Assembly: GCA_964443105.1 (NCBI GenBank)
Contig: CAYUBU010000244.1
Coordinates: forward strand, 1 to 34,152
Origin: an uncultured Nitrospirota bacterium
Lineage (GTDB): Bacteria; CG2-30-53-67
DNA: 34,152 bases
Direction: 5' to 3'
Shown here: positions 33,051 to 34,152 of the stretch, piece by piece
Layout: each line of letters starts with the position of its first letter
Numbering within the stretch: the first letter of the stretch is position 1
Notes under the pieces: model-generated
What the model was told of the DNA's origin: nothing
The model's database searches: none
The model's input: only the letters and a program-made list of their open reading frames with translations
Translations under genes and position numbers: made by a program

Positions 33051-33953
33051 TCACTCAAATGCCTGCCGGCACCCGGGATAGAGTTCGCAGGCACGGCACT
33101 GCTTTTTGTCCACCTCCTTCAAACACCGGCCCAGGATACCGAGTCGTGCCAGGGCGAAATCATACTTGACCGGATCTTCAGGATCGAGGCGTCTCAGATT
33201 GGCGGTGATTTCCACTGCGGTCTTCCAGTCTGGACTGCGCCGCTCCGTAAGGCCCAGCCTCTTCGATATCCGCCACACATGGGTATCGAGAGGAATGATG
33301 AGTTGAGAGGGGCTCACGGCATCCCACAGCCCCAGGTCGAGACCGTCGTCACGGCGGACCATCCAACGCAGATACATATTCAATCTTTTGCAGGCACTCC
33401 CCCTTTGGGGAGAAGGGAACAGAAAACGGAAAGTGCTGTCCGAAGGGATCGCGGGACGGCCAAAGAGCGGTGCGGCGTCAAAATCAAGAAAGCCCTCGAC
33501 GAATCCCGAGAGCGCCGTCCCCACGTTCTCCTGTTCTGAGGTGTAAGCAGATAGAAAGAGCGTCTGAAGGGAGCCGTGACGGAGAAGCGTCTGCTTGATC
33601 CCGTAGAGCAGGGCAAGAATGTCTGCAGTGCCGTTGAATCGGTGGACGATGCCCTCAAAAGACGGGGCGTCCCGATCAGGATCGAAGTCGAGGATGAAGG
33701 CCTGGGGTGCGCCTCCCATGGGCCGGAAGATGCGCTCCAGCGTCTTGCGTATCTGCTCTACCCGGCCATAGGCGAAAACGGCGGCGATCAACCCGGCCAC
33801 TTCCCGGTCTTCCGGTGCCGCAAAACCATGGACCAGCTGGAGCGGATCGGTCTTAAGATACCCGGCGTGGTAGGTACGGTAGAGTTTCTCCAGCGGCGGC
33901 TTGAGCCGCTGCACATCCATGGACCTGGGGATTTTTCGGGATCGCACGGACAT
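33051..33953 (-). CDS. TIGR02757/DUF2400-family protein (HhH-GPD-like fold, function unknown).
   Basis: FLFPSPQRGSACKRLNMYLRWMVRRDDGLDLGLW...IIPLDTHVWRISKRLGL...DPVKYDFAL and the C-terminal CRACELYPGC match my recollection of the family. I chose the start at ATG 33953 or 33920. The track ORF extension to 34130 overlaps the eno 3' end in another frame. Confidence 0.78.
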   Translation of the reverse strand: MSVRSRKIPRSMDVQRLKPPLEKLYRTYHAGYLKTDPLQLVHGFAAPEDREVAGLIAAVFAYGRVEQIRKTLERIFRPMGGAPQAFILDFDPDRDAPSFEGIVHRFNGTADILALLYGIKQTLLRHGSLQTLFLSAYTSEQENVGTALSGFVEGFLDFDAAPLFGRPAIPSDSTFRFLFPSPQRGSACKRLNMYLRWMVRRDDGLDLGLWDAVSPSQLIIPLDTHVWRISKRLGLTERRSPDWKTAVEITANLRRLDPEDPVKYDFALARLGILGRCLKEVDKKQCRACELYPGCRQAFE

Positions 33954-33984
33954 TACTCTCGGGTAAGGCAGCGGGCCCCCGCCA

Positions 33985-34152
<168 letters not shown>

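Overview
This is a GC-rich (judged by eye, not computed), densely coding bacterial chromosomal segment. I saw no rRNA, tRNA, CRISPR array, transposase, integrase or recognisable defence genes. Gene content looks like core housekeeping of an anaerobic Desulfobacterota/Deltaproteobacteria-type organism; that lineage call is inference only. From left to right the window holds: (1) a tightly coupled minus-strand Mrp/Mbh-ordered cation:proton antiporter module (mrpE-F-G, a fused MrpA-C-term/MrpB gene, mrpC, two mrpD paralogues, two micro-ORFs, and a third mrpD) that runs off the left edge. (2) A CPA2 antiporter with RCK domains, SlyD, an NSS/SNF sodium symporter, a tiny C4 zinc-ribbon ORF, a YgbA-family protein, a THUMP RNA methyltransferase and a probable lipoprotein. 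(3) A TPR protein, a Zn-ribbon protein and a PPi-type phosphofructokinase in an apparent operon. (4) A CaCA antiporter. (5) A minus-strand ftsE-ftsX-envC-ctpA operon preceded by an orphan 112-aa gene. (6) A YacP/NYN protein, rluD and a long-form hflX. (7) An AT-rich 450-bp gap, followed by a GH57 glucanotransferase, an FG-GAP protein, a coiled-coil mini-protein, a DUF4124-retropepsin protease and suhB. (8) A TIGR02757 protein and the 3' end of eno on the minus strand. I could not identify a multi-gene novel system with confidence. The best leads are: a near-consensus sigma-54 promoter with an IHF site driving a ~100-nt terminator-bounded RNA with an anti-Shine-Dalgarno stretch (27045-27220); an hflX N-terminal extension that appears to require a non-canonical ATT start behind a perfect AGGAGG; the atypical Mrp module with three D paralogues and two related micro-proteins; and a pair of near-identical 28-bp GC-rich palindromes just 3' of two unrelated genes. 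All functional calls rest on my recognition of motifs in the translated ORFs. No database search was run.
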